A stretch of 64,000 nt of DNA, taken from NCBI GenBank assembly GCA_964497185.1, contig CAZCBX010000002.1:2533-66532 (forward strand), in the 5' to 3' direction. A model generated the notes under the pieces. The model was not told where the DNA came from. It saw only the letters and a program-made list of their open reading frames with translations, and ran no database searches. Positions 1 to 10,219 of this stretch are shown here, piece by piece. Position 1 is the stretch's first letter. Every line of letters starts with the position of its first letter. The DNA comes from an uncultured Bdellovibrionales bacterium (GTDB lineage Bacteria > Bdellovibrionota_G > JALEGL01 > JAGRMV01). The translations under genes and the position numbers were made by a program.

Positions 1-1
1 T

Positions 2-3000
2 GCACCTGCCACCATCGATGAAGGCAGTGACCTTACCTACACGATTACGCTCACCAATAACGGCGCCGCCCAAGCCACCAATGTTGCACTCGATGACAGT
101 TGTCCTGCTGGTACCACGCTTAATACCAGTAGCCAGACTTTGGGCAGTTACGCAGCCCCGACCTGGACCGTGGGCACGTTGACCAATGGTCAAAGCGAAA
201 CGCTCACCTTAAATTGTACGGTCAACGCTGGTCAAGGTGGCAACACGATCAGCAACAGCATTCTGGCCACCGATATCAGTTTGGATCAAGACGACGCCAA
301 TCAGGCCAACAATGCGGCGGGGCCTGTGGATACGGTCGTCAACAACGACGCAGACTTAAGCATTGATAAAACCGCGCCAGCCACCGCCAGCGAAGGCAAT
401 GACATTGTGTACACCATCACGGTGACCAACAATGGTCCTGCCCAGGCCACCAGCGTCACCGTGGATGACAGCTGTCCGGCTGGTACCACCTTGAACACCA
501 ACACCCCATCTTTGGGCAGCTACACACCGCCGACCTGGAGCGTTGGCACACTGGCCAGCGGCCAAAGCGAAACGCTGACTCTAAACTGTACCGTCAATGC
601 CGGTCAGGGCGGCAATACCATCAGCAATAGCATTCTGGCGACCGACATCAGTTTGGATCAAGCTGACGCCAACCAAGCCAACAACGCGGTGGGTCCGGTT
701 GACACCGTCATCGACAACAATGCCGATCTAGCCATCAACAAAACCGCGCCAGCCACCGTGGATGAAGGCAGTGACCTTGTCTATACCATTACCATCAGCA
801 ACGCAGGTCCTGCACAAGCAAGCAGCGTCACGGTTAATGACAGTTGTCCTGCCGGCACCACGCTCAATACCAGCAGTGAAACTTTTGGTAGCTATACGGC
901 GCCAACTTGGACCGTCGGCACCCTCAATGATGGTCAAAGCGAAACGCTTACGTTAAATTGTACCGTCAACGCCGGTCAAGGTGGCAACACGATTAGCAAT
1001 AGCATCTTGGCGACCGACATCAGCCTCGACCAAACCGATCCCAACGCGGCCAACAACGCGATTGGTCCAGTGGACACCGTTGTTAATAACAACGCAGATC
1101 TTGTCATCAACAAAACAGCTGCGGCCACCGTGGATGAAGGCAGTGACATTACTTACACCATCACCTTGACCAACAATGGTCCTGCTCAGGCGACCGGCGT
1201 CGAAGTCGATGATGCTTGTCCCGCTGGCACCACGCTTAACACCAGCAGTGAAACCTTCGGTAGTTATGCGGCACCAACCTGGACTGTCGGCACCCTCAAT
1301 GATGGCCAAAGTGAAACGCTTACTCTGAATTGTACGGTCAGCGCAGGACAGGGTGGCAATACGATCAGCAACAGCATTTTGGCGACCGACATCACGTTGG
1401 ATCAGACCGATTCTAACTTAGCCAACAACGCCGTGGGTCCGATCGATACGGTAGTCAACAACGACGCCGATTTGGCGATCACCAAAACTGCGCCTGCCAC
1501 CATTGATGAAGGCAGTGACATTACCTACACCATCACGTTAACCAACAATGGCGCGGCCCAAGCCACCAGCGTCGAAGTCGATGACAGTTGTCCCGCGGGT
1601 ACAACCCTGAATACCAGTAGTGTCACCTTTGGTAGCTACGCTGCCCCAACCTGGACCGTTGGCACGTTGACCAATGGCCAAACCGAAACCTTAACCTTGA
1701 ATTGTACGGTCAACGCTGGTCAAGGTGGCAACACGATCAGCAACAGTATTTTGGCAACCGACATCACGTTGGATCAAGACGATGGCAATCAAGCCAACAA
1801 TGCTGTGGGTTCGATTGACACGGTGGTCAACAATGACGCCGACTTGGCGATCACAAAAACTGCGCCTGCCACCGTCAATGAAGGCAGTGACATTGTTTAC
1901 ACCATCACGTTAACCAACAACGGTGCCGCGCAAGCCAGCAACGTGGAAGTCGACGATGCATGCCCAGCGGGTACCACGCTTAACACAAGCAGCACAAGCG
2001 TTGGCAGCTACACGGCGCCGACCTGGGCAGTGGGTATTCTCAATGATGGCCAAAGCGCCACATTAACGTTGAACTGTACGGTCAATGCCGGCCAGGGTGG
2101 CAACACCCTTAGCAACAGCATCTTGGCCACCGACATCAGCTTTGATCAAACCGATCCCAATTTGGGGAACAACGCTGTAGGGCCTGTGGATACGATCGTG
2201 AACAACGACGCAGATTTAAGCATCGACAAAACCGCGCCTGCCACCATTGATGAAGGCAGTGACATCACCTACACCATCACGTTAACCAACAATGGCGCGG
2301 CCCAAGCCACCAGCGTCGAAGTCGATGATAGTTGTCCAGCGGGTACTACACTGAATACCAGCAGTGCCACTTTGGGTAGCTACGCTGCGCCGACCTGGAC
2401 GGTGGGTACGTTGACCAATGGCCAAAGCGAAACACTCACTTTGAATTGTACAGTCAGCGTCGGTCAAGGTGGCAACACCCTTAGCAACAGCATTCTGGCC
2501 ACCGACATCACGTTGGATCAAGACGACGCCAACCAAGCCAACAATGCGGTAGGACCGATTGATACGATTGTGAACAACGACGCCGATTTGGCCATTACGA
2601 AAACAGCCCCGGCAACGATCAACGAAGGCAGTGACTTAACCTACACCATTACGGTGACCAACAACGGTGCCGCGCAAGCCACCAACGTTGAAGTCGATGA
2701 CAGTTGCCCCGTGGGTACAACCCTGAATACCAGTAGTGTAACCTTTGGTAGCTACGCTGCCCCAACCTGGACGGTTGGCACGTTGACCAATGGCCAAACC
2801 GAAACCTTAACCTTGAATTGTACTGTCAATGCTGGTCAAGGTGGTAACACGATTAGCAACAGCATCTTAGCGACCGACATCACTTTGGATCAAGACGACG
2901 CCAACCAAGCCAACAATGCGGTGGGTCCTGTCGATACGATTGTGAACAACGACGCCGACTTGGCGATCACGAAAACCGCGCCTGCCACCATCGATGAAGG

Positions 3001-6000
3001 CAGTGACATTGTTTACACCATCACGTTGACCAACAATGGCGCCGCGCAAGCCACCAACGTTGAAGTCGATGACAGTTGTCCCGCGGGCACCACGCTCAAT
3101 ACCAATAGTGTAACCTTCGGTAGTTATGCTGCACCGACCTGGACCGTCGGTACACTGACCAATGGCCAAAGCGAAACGTTAACTTTAAACTGTACCGTCA
3201 ACGCAGGCCAGGGTGGCAACACCATTAGCAACAGCATCTTGGCGACCGACATCACGTTGGATCAAGACGACGCTAACCAAGCCAACAATGCGGTGGGTCC
3301 TGTCGATACGATTGTGAACAACGACGCTGATTTGGCCATTACCAAAACCGCGCCAGCCACCATCGATGAAGGCAGCGACATTGTTTACACCATCACGTTA
3401 ACCAACAACGGTGCTGCACAAGCTAGCAGCGTCGAAGTGGATGACAGTTGTCCCGCGGGCACCACCTTGAATACCAGCAGCGTCACTTTTGGTAGCTACG
3501 CAGCGCCGACCTGGACGGTGGGTACGTTGACCAATGGTCAAACCGAAACCTTAACCTTGAATTGTACCGTCAACGCTGGACAAGGCGGCAACACGATTAG
3601 CAATAGCATTGCGGCGGTTGACATTAATTTGGATCAAACCGATCCGAACTTGGCCAACAATGCGGTCGGTCCTGTGGATACGGTGGTGAACAATGATGCC
3701 GATATGGCGATCACCAAAACCGCGCCAGCCACCATCGACGAAGGCAGCGACATTGTTTACACCATCACGTTAACCAACAACGGTGCCGCGCAAGCTAGCA
3801 GCGTCGAAGTGGATGACAGTTGTCCCGCGGGTACCACCTTGAATACCAGCAGCGTCACTTTTGGTAGCTACGCAGCGCCGACCTGGACGGTGGGTACGTT
3901 AACCAATGGTCAAAGCGAAACGTTAACCTTGAATTGTACCGTCAACGCGGGTCAAGGCGGCAACACCATTAGTAACAGCATCTTCGCGACTGACATTACC
4001 CTGGATCAAACCGATCCGAATTTGGCCAACAACGCCGTCGGTCCCGTTGATACCGTGGTGAACAATGACGCCGATTTAAGCATCGATAAAACCGCCCCCG
4101 CGACAATCAACGAAGGCAGCGACCTGACCTACACCATTACACTGACCAACAACGGTGCCGCGCAGGCCACCAATGTTGAAGTCGATGACAGCTGTCCTGC
4201 AGGCACCACGCTCAATACCAGCAGTGCCACCTTCGGTAGCTATGCTGCGCCAACCTGGACGGTGGGCACGTTGACCAATGGCCAAACCGAAACCTTAACC
4301 TTAAACTGTACGGTCAGTGCCGGTCAAGGTGGCAACACCATTAGCAACAGCATTGCGGCTGTGGACATTGTATTGGATCAAACCGATCCGAACTTGGCCA
4401 ACAACAGCACAGGGCCCATTGATACATTGGTCAACAATGTCGCCGATCTTACAACAAACAAAACCGCGTCCGCCACCGCCAATGAAGGCAGTGACATCGT
4501 GTACACCATCGTGTTAACCAACAATGGCCCCGCCCAAGCCAACAACGTAACGCTCACCGACAGCTGCCCAGCCGGCACCACTTTTAATGGTAGCACGCCC
4601 ACCCAAGGCAGCTATATCGCACCAACCTGGACCGTGGGCGATTTGAACAGCGGTGCAACCGCCACGCTAACCCTCAATTGCAACGTGAACGCAGGTCAAG
4701 GCGGCAACACCATCACCAATACCATTGTGTCTGGCGATCTAAGCATGGATCAAACCGAAGGCAACGCCGCCAACGATGGATCCAGCGCCAGCACCACCAT
4801 CAACAACATCACCGACGTAGCCTTTACCAAAACCGGTCCGCTGGGCTCGCAGGTGGCGCTCGACATTGTTTATACCATCACCGCCACCAACAACGGCCCC
4901 AACACCGCCACTTCTGTGATGATCACCGATAACTGCCCTGCCGGCACCACCTACAATGCCGCCGGCACCTCTGCCACCGAGGGAGCCTATGCCGCTGGCG
5001 TGTGGAACTTGGGCACCCTCGAAAACGGCGATACTGAAACGTTAACTTTGGCGTGTACCGTCGACGCTGGCGAAGAAGCCAACACCATCACCAACAGCCT
5101 AAGCATTGCCAGCTTATCCATGGATCAAGCCGACACCAACACCGGCAACAACGTAGCATCTGTCAGCACGCTGATTGCAGACGTAGGTTTGGGCGGTGTA
5201 TACGCTGGCGATGAATTCTGGACCGTTATTCCGCGTAACCTTGACCAAGGTGGATCGGGCCCATGTTTCAACGGTGATTGTATTGTCACTGTACAAGGTG
5301 AAGTGGGGACAACGGTTGTGGTTAATGGTGTCACAACCGTCATTCCAGCCGCTGGTCAGTTTACGCAAGTGATGTCAGAAGCCAACGATGTTGCGCCTGT
5401 GACAGGCATATCCTCCACTGCGCCATTTGAAATCACAGCCGACGATCTGATTACCGTATTTGTAGGTAATGCACTGAGCCAACCGACTTCCTCTGGCACA
5501 TTGATTTTACCCGTCTTTGCATTGGGCCAAACCTATTACTCTATCGGCGAACCGGAGATTCAAAATAACGTTCCTGCGCTGACGTTCCATCAGATTATCG
5601 TGGTTGCCACCGAAGATACCACCACGATTAACGTCGATGGAGATGTTCAAGTGTTGGATGAAGGAGAGTCTTACTCCTACAGAGAAAATTCATTTAATAA
5701 CGACATTACCGGTCGTTTGATCACGGCCGATAAACCGATCGCCGTATTTACCTCAAACCCGTGCTTGGATACCATCGTCGGATCTGGCGCATGTGACGCA
5801 ACCATGGTCCAACTTGAGCCATTTGACCTTGCCTCCGACACAGAATTTTTATTTGGTGGTTTCAGCATTCAAGATGAAAGAGTCAAATGTGTGGCGATTG
5901 AAGATACCACTTCCATTACGCTCAACGGAGTAGCGGTTCCAGGAACGTTCGATGCGGGGGATGTCTATCAAGTTGCCAATAACACTGTGGCCCACATTCA

Positions 6001-6367
6001 AGCCGATAAACCGCTCACCTGCGGCGTCATGTTGATTGGGGGCGCCGGGCAAACTGATCCAGCGTATTCCGCATTGCCTGGTATCAATCATGGCGTGAAA
6101 GAAGCTTCCTACCCTGTACCCACACCATTCTTAAATGGTAATATGACGGTCATGGTGCGCACAGCCGATACAGGTTCCTTCCTTTATGATGGTGGAACGC
6201 TAGCGGGTTGGACTGCGTTCCCATCAAAGCCCAGCTGGTCTTACAATATCATTAACATCACAGCAGGTGCGCATACCCTAGAAGCCGATACAGCATTTAT
6301 ACCTTTAATGGCTGTTCGGCCTGTAGCCAATGCTGCGTATGCAACTGTTTTAGGAGCATTATGGTAA
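2..6367 (+). CDS. Giant surface/adhesin-like protein with DUF11-type tandem repeats (5'-partial; continues upstream of the window). A non-repeat C-terminal domain of about 400 aa follows.
   Basis: The reading frame is open from nt 2; the track ORF 140..6367 is only its first Met. A ~125-aa unit (KTAPATIDEGSDITYTITLTNNGAAQA..CPAGTTLNTSS..GSYAAPTWTVGTL.NGQSETLTLNCTVNAGQGGNTISNSILATDI.LDQ.D.N.ANNAVGPVDTVVNNDADLAI.K) repeats at an exact 375-nt period (about 367, 742, 1113, 1488, 1863 ... 4460). Nucleotide identity between units is very high. This is the conserved-repeat-domain (DUF11) architecture. Confidence 0.8.
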   Translation, partial: APATIDEGSDLTYTITLTNNGAAQATNVALDDSCPAGTTLNTSSQTLGSYAAPTWTVGTLTNGQSETLTLNCTVNAGQGGNTISNSILATDISLDQDDANQANNAAGPVDTVVNNDADLSIDKTAPATASEGNDIVYTITVTNNGPAQATSVTVDDSCPAGTTLNTNTPSLGSYTPPTWSVGTLASGQSETLTLNCTVNAGQGGNTISNSILATDISLDQADANQANNAVGPVDTVIDNNADLAINKTAPATVDEGSDLVYTITISNAGPAQASSVTVNDSCPAGTTLNTSSETFGSYTAPTWTVGTLNDGQSETLTLNCTVNAGQGGNTISNSILATDISLDQTDPNAANNAIGPVDTVVNNNADLVINKTAAATVDEGSDITYTITLTNNGPAQATGVEVDDACPAGTTLNTSSETFGSYAAPTWTVGTLNDGQSETLTLNCTVSAGQGGNTISNSILATDITLDQTDSNLANNAVGPIDTVVNNDADLAITKTAPATIDEGSDITYTITLTNNGAAQATSVEVDDSCPAGTTLNTSSVTFGSYAAPTWTVGTLTNGQTETLTLNCTVNAGQGGNTISNSILATDITLDQDDGNQANNAVGSIDTVVNNDADLAITKTAPATVNEGSDIVYTITLTNNGAAQASNVEVDDACPAGTTLNTSSTSVGSYTAPTWAVGILNDGQSATLTLNCTVNAGQGGNTLSNSILATDISFDQTDPNLGNNAVGPVDTIVNNDADLSIDKTAPATIDEGSDITYTITLTNNGAAQATSVEVDDSCPAGTTLNTSSATLGSYAAPTWTVGTLTNGQSETLTLNCTVSVGQGGNTLSNSILATDITLDQDDANQANNAVGPIDTIVNNDADLAITKTAPATINEGSDLTYTITVTNNGAAQATNVEVDDSCPVGTTLNTSSVTFGSYAAPTWTVGTLTNGQTETLTLNCTVNAGQGGNTISNSILATDITLDQDDANQANNAVGPVDTIVNNDADLAITKTAPATIDEGSDIVYTITLTNNGAAQATNVEVDDSCPAGTTLNTNSVTFGSYAAPTWTVGTLTNGQSETLTLNCTVNAGQGGNTISNSILATDITLDQDDANQANNAVGPVDTIVNNDADLAITKTAPATIDEGSDIVYTITLTNNGAAQASSVEVDDSCPAGTTLNTSSVTFGSYAAPTWTVGTLTNGQTETLTLNCTVNAGQGGNTISNSIAAVDINLDQTDPNLANNAVGPVDTVVNNDADMAITKTAPATIDEGSDIVYTITLTNNGAAQASSVEVDDSCPAGTTLNTSSVTFGSYAAPTWTVGTLTNGQSETLTLNCTVNAGQGGNTISNSIFATDITLDQTDPNLANNAVGPVDTVVNNDADLSIDKTAPATINEGSDLTYTITLTNNGAAQATNVEVDDSCPAGTTLNTSSATFGSYAAPTWTVGTLTNGQTETLTLNCTVSAGQGGNTISNSIAAVDIVLDQTDPNLANNSTGPIDTLVNNVADLTTNKTASATANEGSDIVYTIVLTNNGPAQANNVTLTDSCPAGTTFNGSTPTQGSYIAPTWTVGDLNSGATATLTLNCNVNAGQGGNTITNTIVSGDLSMDQTEGNAANDGSSASTTINNITDVAFTKTGPLGSQVALDIVYTITATNNGPNTATSVMITDNCPAGTTYNAAGTSATEGAYAAGVWNLGTLENGDTETLTLACTVDAGEEANTITNSLSIASLSMDQADTNTGNNVASVSTLIADVGLGGVYAGDEFWTVIPRNLDQGGSGPCFNGDCIVTVQGEVGTTVVVNGVTTVIPAAGQFTQVMSEANDVAPVTGISSTAPFEITADDLITVFVGNALSQPTSSGTLILPVFALGQTYYSIGEPEIQNNVPALTFHQIIVVATEDTTTINVDGDVQVLDEGESYSYRENSFNNDITGRLITADKPIAVFTSNPCLDTIVGSGACDATMVQLEPFDLASDTEFLFGGFSIQDERVKCVAIEDTTSITLNGVAVPGTFDAGDVYQVANNTVAHIQADKPLTCGVMLIGGAGQTDPAYSALPGINHGVKEASYPVPTPFLNGNMTVMVRTADTGSFLYDGGTLAGWTAFPSKPSWSYNIINITAGAHTLEADTAFIPLMAVRPVANAAYATVLGALW
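367..4835 (+). repeat. In-frame tandem array of 375-bp coding repeats, 12 or more units in this span; more lie upstream.
   Basis: Exact 375-nt periodicity of the motif aaaac(c/a/t)gcgcc(a/t)gcc and of long identical stretches such as accatcacgttaaccaacaa. Confidence 0.85.
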
Positions 6368-6906
6368 AATATAAAAATAGTATTAAAACAATGGCATGGT
6401 TGTTGTCCTTTGCATACTTCAGCGCGGCGCACGCGCAAATTGCAACAAAATCGATGGACGCAGAGCCACAAATGCAAAGCATTTTTATTCTCAATGAAAA
6501 AATGAAAATCACCGACGATTGCATATTGGCTGTATTAATAAACGGCACACAAACAAAATTTTGGTTTCTGGATATGCCTACTGCAAAAGCCCGCAAAAAA
6601 AAGCATGCCGGTTTGAATTATGTGACCAACCACGTGGATAGTTTTATCGATCACCACGGTGTTGTGGTGGATATCGCCGACCTAATCGAAGATTATGCGG
6701 TCTTTGGTTATATTGAGAAAAAAACCAACAAGAAGGGCTTTGAAAACTTTATTGTTCATTATGACAATTTGCTTGGTCAAACTGTCAAAAAGAGGCTCCC
6801 ACTCAACGAAATATACAAACGATACCTGCCAGACAACAATATTTTTAATCAGCGTGATCCCCAACGCCATTGCATTGAAAAAAACCTACCAAAAGTGGAT
6901 CAATAA
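6361..6906 (+). CDS. Hypothetical Lys-rich secreted protein in an AT-rich islet.
   Basis: N-terminal signal-like MAWLLSFAYFSAAHAQ. Local AT content is much higher than the flanks. No recognisable family. Confidence 0.3.
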   Translation: MVKYKNSIKTMAWLLSFAYFSAAHAQIATKSMDAEPQMQSIFILNEKMKITDDCILAVLINGTQTKFWFLDMPTAKARKKKHAGLNYVTNHVDSFIDHHGVVVDIADLIEDYAVFGYIEKKTNKKGFENFIVHYDNLLGQTVKKRLPLNEIYKRYLPDNNIFNQRDPQRHCIEKNLPKVDQ

Positions 6907-6996
6907 AAGATTGAAAGACTGGTTGATTTAGGCGAGCTGGCGTGTAGACGATTTATAAAAAACTTCGCATATGCAAAGTTCCAAAGGACAAAAAAA

Positions 6997-7521
6997 CTAA
7001 GAATCCATTTCTGAAAATTTAAGGGTGGTTTTAATCCTTAAAGCATCTTGTGCATCTTCCACTGAAAGCGGTGTGCAGTGTGGCTGCGTGACCAAGCGCG
7101 TATAGGACTGAATTAAATCTTTAAAATGACAGTAGTTGTCACCCCATCTATTTTTGGCAAGATAACCCGCCACATGGTAATCATACGCCCTGGCGACCAA
7201 CTTGGGATTTTCAGAAGAGCTGGTCATAAATACCACCGTATTTTTCAACCATGGTTTGGTGCGAATGAATTCCAAAACATCAAAACCGTTCATGCGTGGC
7301 ATGTGAATGTCTAAAAAAACCAAGAAAGGGTGAGGCTGGCCTGAATCGTCTTGCTCTTTGCTCAAGCGCAACAATTCATTGATAAAAATCTCACCACTCT
7401 CACAAAAAACAAATTCCATTTTGGGGTGGCATAGCAAGGGGCGAAGGCATTTTTTCATCGCGTAGATGTCAATTTCATCATCATCCACAATGTAAATTTT
7501 TGTTTTTGCTGAGTACGCCAA
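6997..7521 (-). CDS. Single-domain response regulator (CheY-like receiver).
   Basis: IYIVDDDEID...FLDIHMPRMNGFDVLEFIR...MTSS motifs of REC domains. No output domain. No cognate kinase is adjacent. Confidence 0.7.
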   Translation of the reverse strand: MAYSAKTKIYIVDDDEIDIYAMKKCLRPLLCHPKMEFVFCESGEIFINELLRLSKEQDDSGQPHPFLVFLDIHMPRMNGFDVLEFIRTKPWLKNTVVFMTSSSENPKLVARAYDYHVAGYLAKNRWGDNYCHFKDLIQSYTRLVTQPHCTPLSVEDAQDALRIKTTLKFSEMDS

Positions 7522-7696
7522 AGCATTAACATTGTTAATTTTATGATTAAAAAAATCAACAAAAATGTGTCAGGTTTCCACTGACTAACCATGGATAGGT
7601 GTCAAAAGGTCATCCACCGTAAGTGCAGATGTGGCGCAAACAAAAATGCCCCACCATACGGTGGGGCATTGAAATGATCACCCAATGGTTAAAGGT

Positions 7697-8290
7697 TTAA
7701 CCAAGGTTCTCATTCGCAAATTCCCAATTAACGAGTTTATCGAGGTATGCCTCGATGTAATCAGGGCGTTTGTTTTGATAATCCAAGTAATAGGCATGTT
7801 CCCAGACATCCAACGTCAAAAGTGGGGTGGCTGAAGAAGTTAGCGGCGTTTCGGCATCATCGGTTTGCACGATGTCCAGTTTGTCACCACTTTTGACCAG
7901 CCAAGTCCAGCCTGAACCGAACAAACCAGACGCTTTGTCCGAGAACTCTTTACGAAACGTATCGTAGTCGCCCCAGGTGTCTTGAATCAAGTCAGCCACT
8001 TTGCCACTGGGTTTGCCGCCACCTTTGGGTGCCATGCTATGCCAATAGAACGTGTGATTGTAAATCTGAGCGCCGTTGTTAAAAATGTTTTGTTTGTCCT
8101 TGTGACCATGCACCTCTTTGATCACTTCTTCCAAAGCTTTATCTTGGTAAGGGGTGCCCTCAATGGCATTGTTGTATTTTTTAACATAGCCCTGGTGGTG
8201 TTTGCCATAGTGAAAACTCAATGTTTTGGCAGAAATGGCTGGATCCAGCGCATCTTCACTGTAAGGTAATTCGGGAAGCGTATAAGACAT
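7697..8290 (-). CDS. Superoxide dismutase, Fe/Mn family.
   Basis: HHQGYVKKYN, FNNGAQIYNHTFYW and DVWEHAYYLDYQNKRPDY motifs. Start placed at MSYTLPELPY, which is preceded by aaggag; the track ORF extends to 8311. Confidence 0.9.
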   Translation of the reverse strand: MSYTLPELPYSEDALDPAISAKTLSFHYGKHHQGYVKKYNNAIEGTPYQDKALEEVIKEVHGHKDKQNIFNNGAQIYNHTFYWHSMAPKGGGKPSGKVADLIQDTWGDYDTFRKEFSDKASGLFGSGWTWLVKSGDKLDIVQTDDAETPLTSSATPLLTLDVWEHAYYLDYQNKRPDYIEAYLDKLVNWEFANENLG

Positions 8291-8492
8291 GGTTGACTCC
8301 TTTGTCATCAATGATTAACAATGAGCACACCATATGTGCTGACCCCCCAAATGTCCAGTGTGAAGGTCCCTACCAAAGTAAGGCTTTGGCCCTATCAGCC
8401 AAACAAGATATCAATCAAAGCATGTAAGGGCTTGAAATCACTAAATTACTAAAATCATGCTTTGGGTATACCCCTGGTCATGAACGACCAAT

Positions 8493-8954
8493 GTGGTATG
8501 CTATGGCCATATGATTCAAAAAATAGATCCGCCTTCTGCGCTCACTGATACCCAACAAGCTGATATTGTTTCGTTTTTAGCCACACATCTAGAACAATTT
8601 GGCGATCACCCCAAAGACATTCAAAAGTGTTTGGACTACGCCATGGACCCCAACCGAGGTGGCCATGTGTATTTGGCGCGTGCTGAAGATCAAACGCTTC
8701 AAGGTGTGTGCGTGGTGCTTAACACCCACATGATGGGATTTATTCCGCCGCATATTTTGGTTTACATTGCCGTCGATGGGTCTTTGCGAGGCCAGGGCAT
8801 CGGCAAAAAGTTGATCACTTATGTGCAAAATGACTTAAAAGAGGGCATTGCGCTGCACGTAGAGCCCGACAATCCTGCACGGCGTCTCTATGATCGGCTG
8901 GGTTTTACCCATCGATACCTTGAAATGAGGTGGACTCCCGATGGCCTATCTTGA
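8493..8954 (+). CDS. GNAT family N-acetyltransferase.
   Basis: RGQGIGKKLI acetyl-CoA binding motif; about 150 aa. Confidence 0.6.
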   Translation: MVCYGHMIQKIDPPSALTDTQQADIVSFLATHLEQFGDHPKDIQKCLDYAMDPNRGGHVYLARAEDQTLQGVCVVLNTHMMGFIPPHILVYIAVDGSLRGQGIGKKLITYVQNDLKEGIALHVEPDNPARRLYDRLGFTHRYLEMRWTPDGLS

Positions 8955-10029
8955 GATGTATCGCGATCGGTTGAAGCACAACCATAAGCAATTAAAGAAT
9001 TTATTTAAAAAACACGACATCCACTACGGCATCACCACCAAGCTTTTGTGCGGCAATCGCACCTTTTTGGAAGAAGTGCTTGCGCTCAAACCACCCCAAG
9101 TGTGTGATTCGCGCATGACCAATCTGAAAATGATCAAAAAGATCGATCCCAACATCGAAACCATGTACATCAAGCCGCCCCCAAAAAACGCCATCAAATC
9201 CTTGGTCGAATACGCCGATATCAGCCTAAATACAGATTTTGACAACATCAAACGCATTGCCAAAGAAGCCCAGCGTCAAAATAAGGTGCATAAAATCATC
9301 ATCATGATTGAAATGGGCGATTTGCGTGAAGGGGTGCTGGGCCATCAAGTGGTGCCTTTTTATGAAAAGGTGTTTCGGCTCAAAGGCATTAACGTGATTG
9401 GCATTGGCACCAACCTGAACTGCCTCCATGGAGTGATGCCCTCGCACGATAAATTGATCCAGCTTTGTCTGTATCGACAAATCATTGAACTGACGTTTAA
9501 GCGAAAACTGCCCTTTATCTCAGGTGGCAGTACAGTAACCATCCCTTTAATTTACAATAAGCAACTACCTAAAAAGATTAACCATTTTCGAGTTGGTGAA
9601 GCGCTTTTTTTTGGCGCCAATCTATTTACCAAAAAAACCCTGCCAGGTTTTTATGATTCTGTTTTTCAGCTGTTTACAGAAATCATTGAGCTTTATGAAA
9701 AGCCCAAAGTTCCGATGGGACAAATGGAAGAAACCCCACTGGGCGATTCGGTTCAAGTCAATCCGGACGATTATGGCAAAAAATCCTTTCGCGCCATTCT
9801 GGATGTGGGCATTTTGGACATCCACCCCGACTTTTTAAGACCCGTCGATAAAGATGTTAAAATTATCCGCGCCAGTTCCGATATGTTGGTGGTCGAACTG
9901 GAGCAAGGGCAAAAAGATTACAAAGTGGGCAGCGTGCTCAAATTCAACCTTACCTACATGGGCGTGTTGGGCTTGATGAATTCTCGCTACATTGAAAAGA
10001 AAATCATCGACGAAAAAGCCGCCCACTAA
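8941..10029 (+). CDS. PLP-dependent enzyme with alanine-racemase-type fold (YhfX/Orr-like putative amino-acid racemase).
   Basis: Length and motif pattern of the alanine racemase N-domain family. Overlaps the upstream GNAT gene by 14 nt. Confidence 0.45.
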   Translation: MAYLEMYRDRLKHNHKQLKNLFKKHDIHYGITTKLLCGNRTFLEEVLALKPPQVCDSRMTNLKMIKKIDPNIETMYIKPPPKNAIKSLVEYADISLNTDFDNIKRIAKEAQRQNKVHKIIIMIEMGDLREGVLGHQVVPFYEKVFRLKGINVIGIGTNLNCLHGVMPSHDKLIQLCLYRQIIELTFKRKLPFISGGSTVTIPLIYNKQLPKKINHFRVGEALFFGANLFTKKTLPGFYDSVFQLFTEIIELYEKPKVPMGQMEETPLGDSVQVNPDDYGKKSFRAILDVGILDIHPDFLRPVDKDVKIIRASSDMLVVELEQGQKDYKVGSVLKFNLTYMGVLGLMNSRYIEKKIIDEKAAH

Positions 10030-10031
10030 TT

Positions 10032-10090
10032 CCAAACCCTCCGTCCAAACCCTCCGTCCCCAAAGGGACAGTCCCTTTGGGGACGGAAGG
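10032..10090. repeat. REP-like palindromic element (family 1: CCTCCGTCCCCAAAGGGACAGTCCCTTTGGGGACGGAGG).
   Basis: Perfect about 40-bp palindrome plus a half-site direct repeat. Related copies at 10188, 31161 and 31229. Confidence 0.8.
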
Positions 10091-10187
10091 GATGCTTTAA
10101 AATGGCGCAGCTCGCAAGCAATTATCTGGCAGGTATTTCAGCGTTGTTGATGTTTTTGACGGGTGGTTTTTAACTGGATGGCGCTTG

Positions 10188-10219
10188 ACCCTCCGTCCCC
10201 CTGGGGACGCAGGGTTTTT
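10188..10219 (+). terminator. Family-1 hairpin (ccctccgtcccc..ggggacgcaggg) followed by TTTTT; rho-independent terminator for the + strand gene ending at 10029.
   Basis: GC-rich stem plus T-run in the convergent intergenic region. Confidence 0.5.

Noticed and set aside
367-4835. Regular 375-bp repeats as a possible CRISPR array.
   Set aside because: The repeats are in-frame coding units of one ORF with no short spacer/repeat alternation. No cas genes are present.
301-5368. Many 60-120-aa ORFs on the minus strand and in alternate frames inside the giant repeat gene (for example 301..504, 953..1309, 2867..3169, 4678..4932).
   Set aside because: They recur with the 375-bp repeat period and overlap a long, well-supported ORF. 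They are frame artefacts of the repetitive, GC-biased codons.
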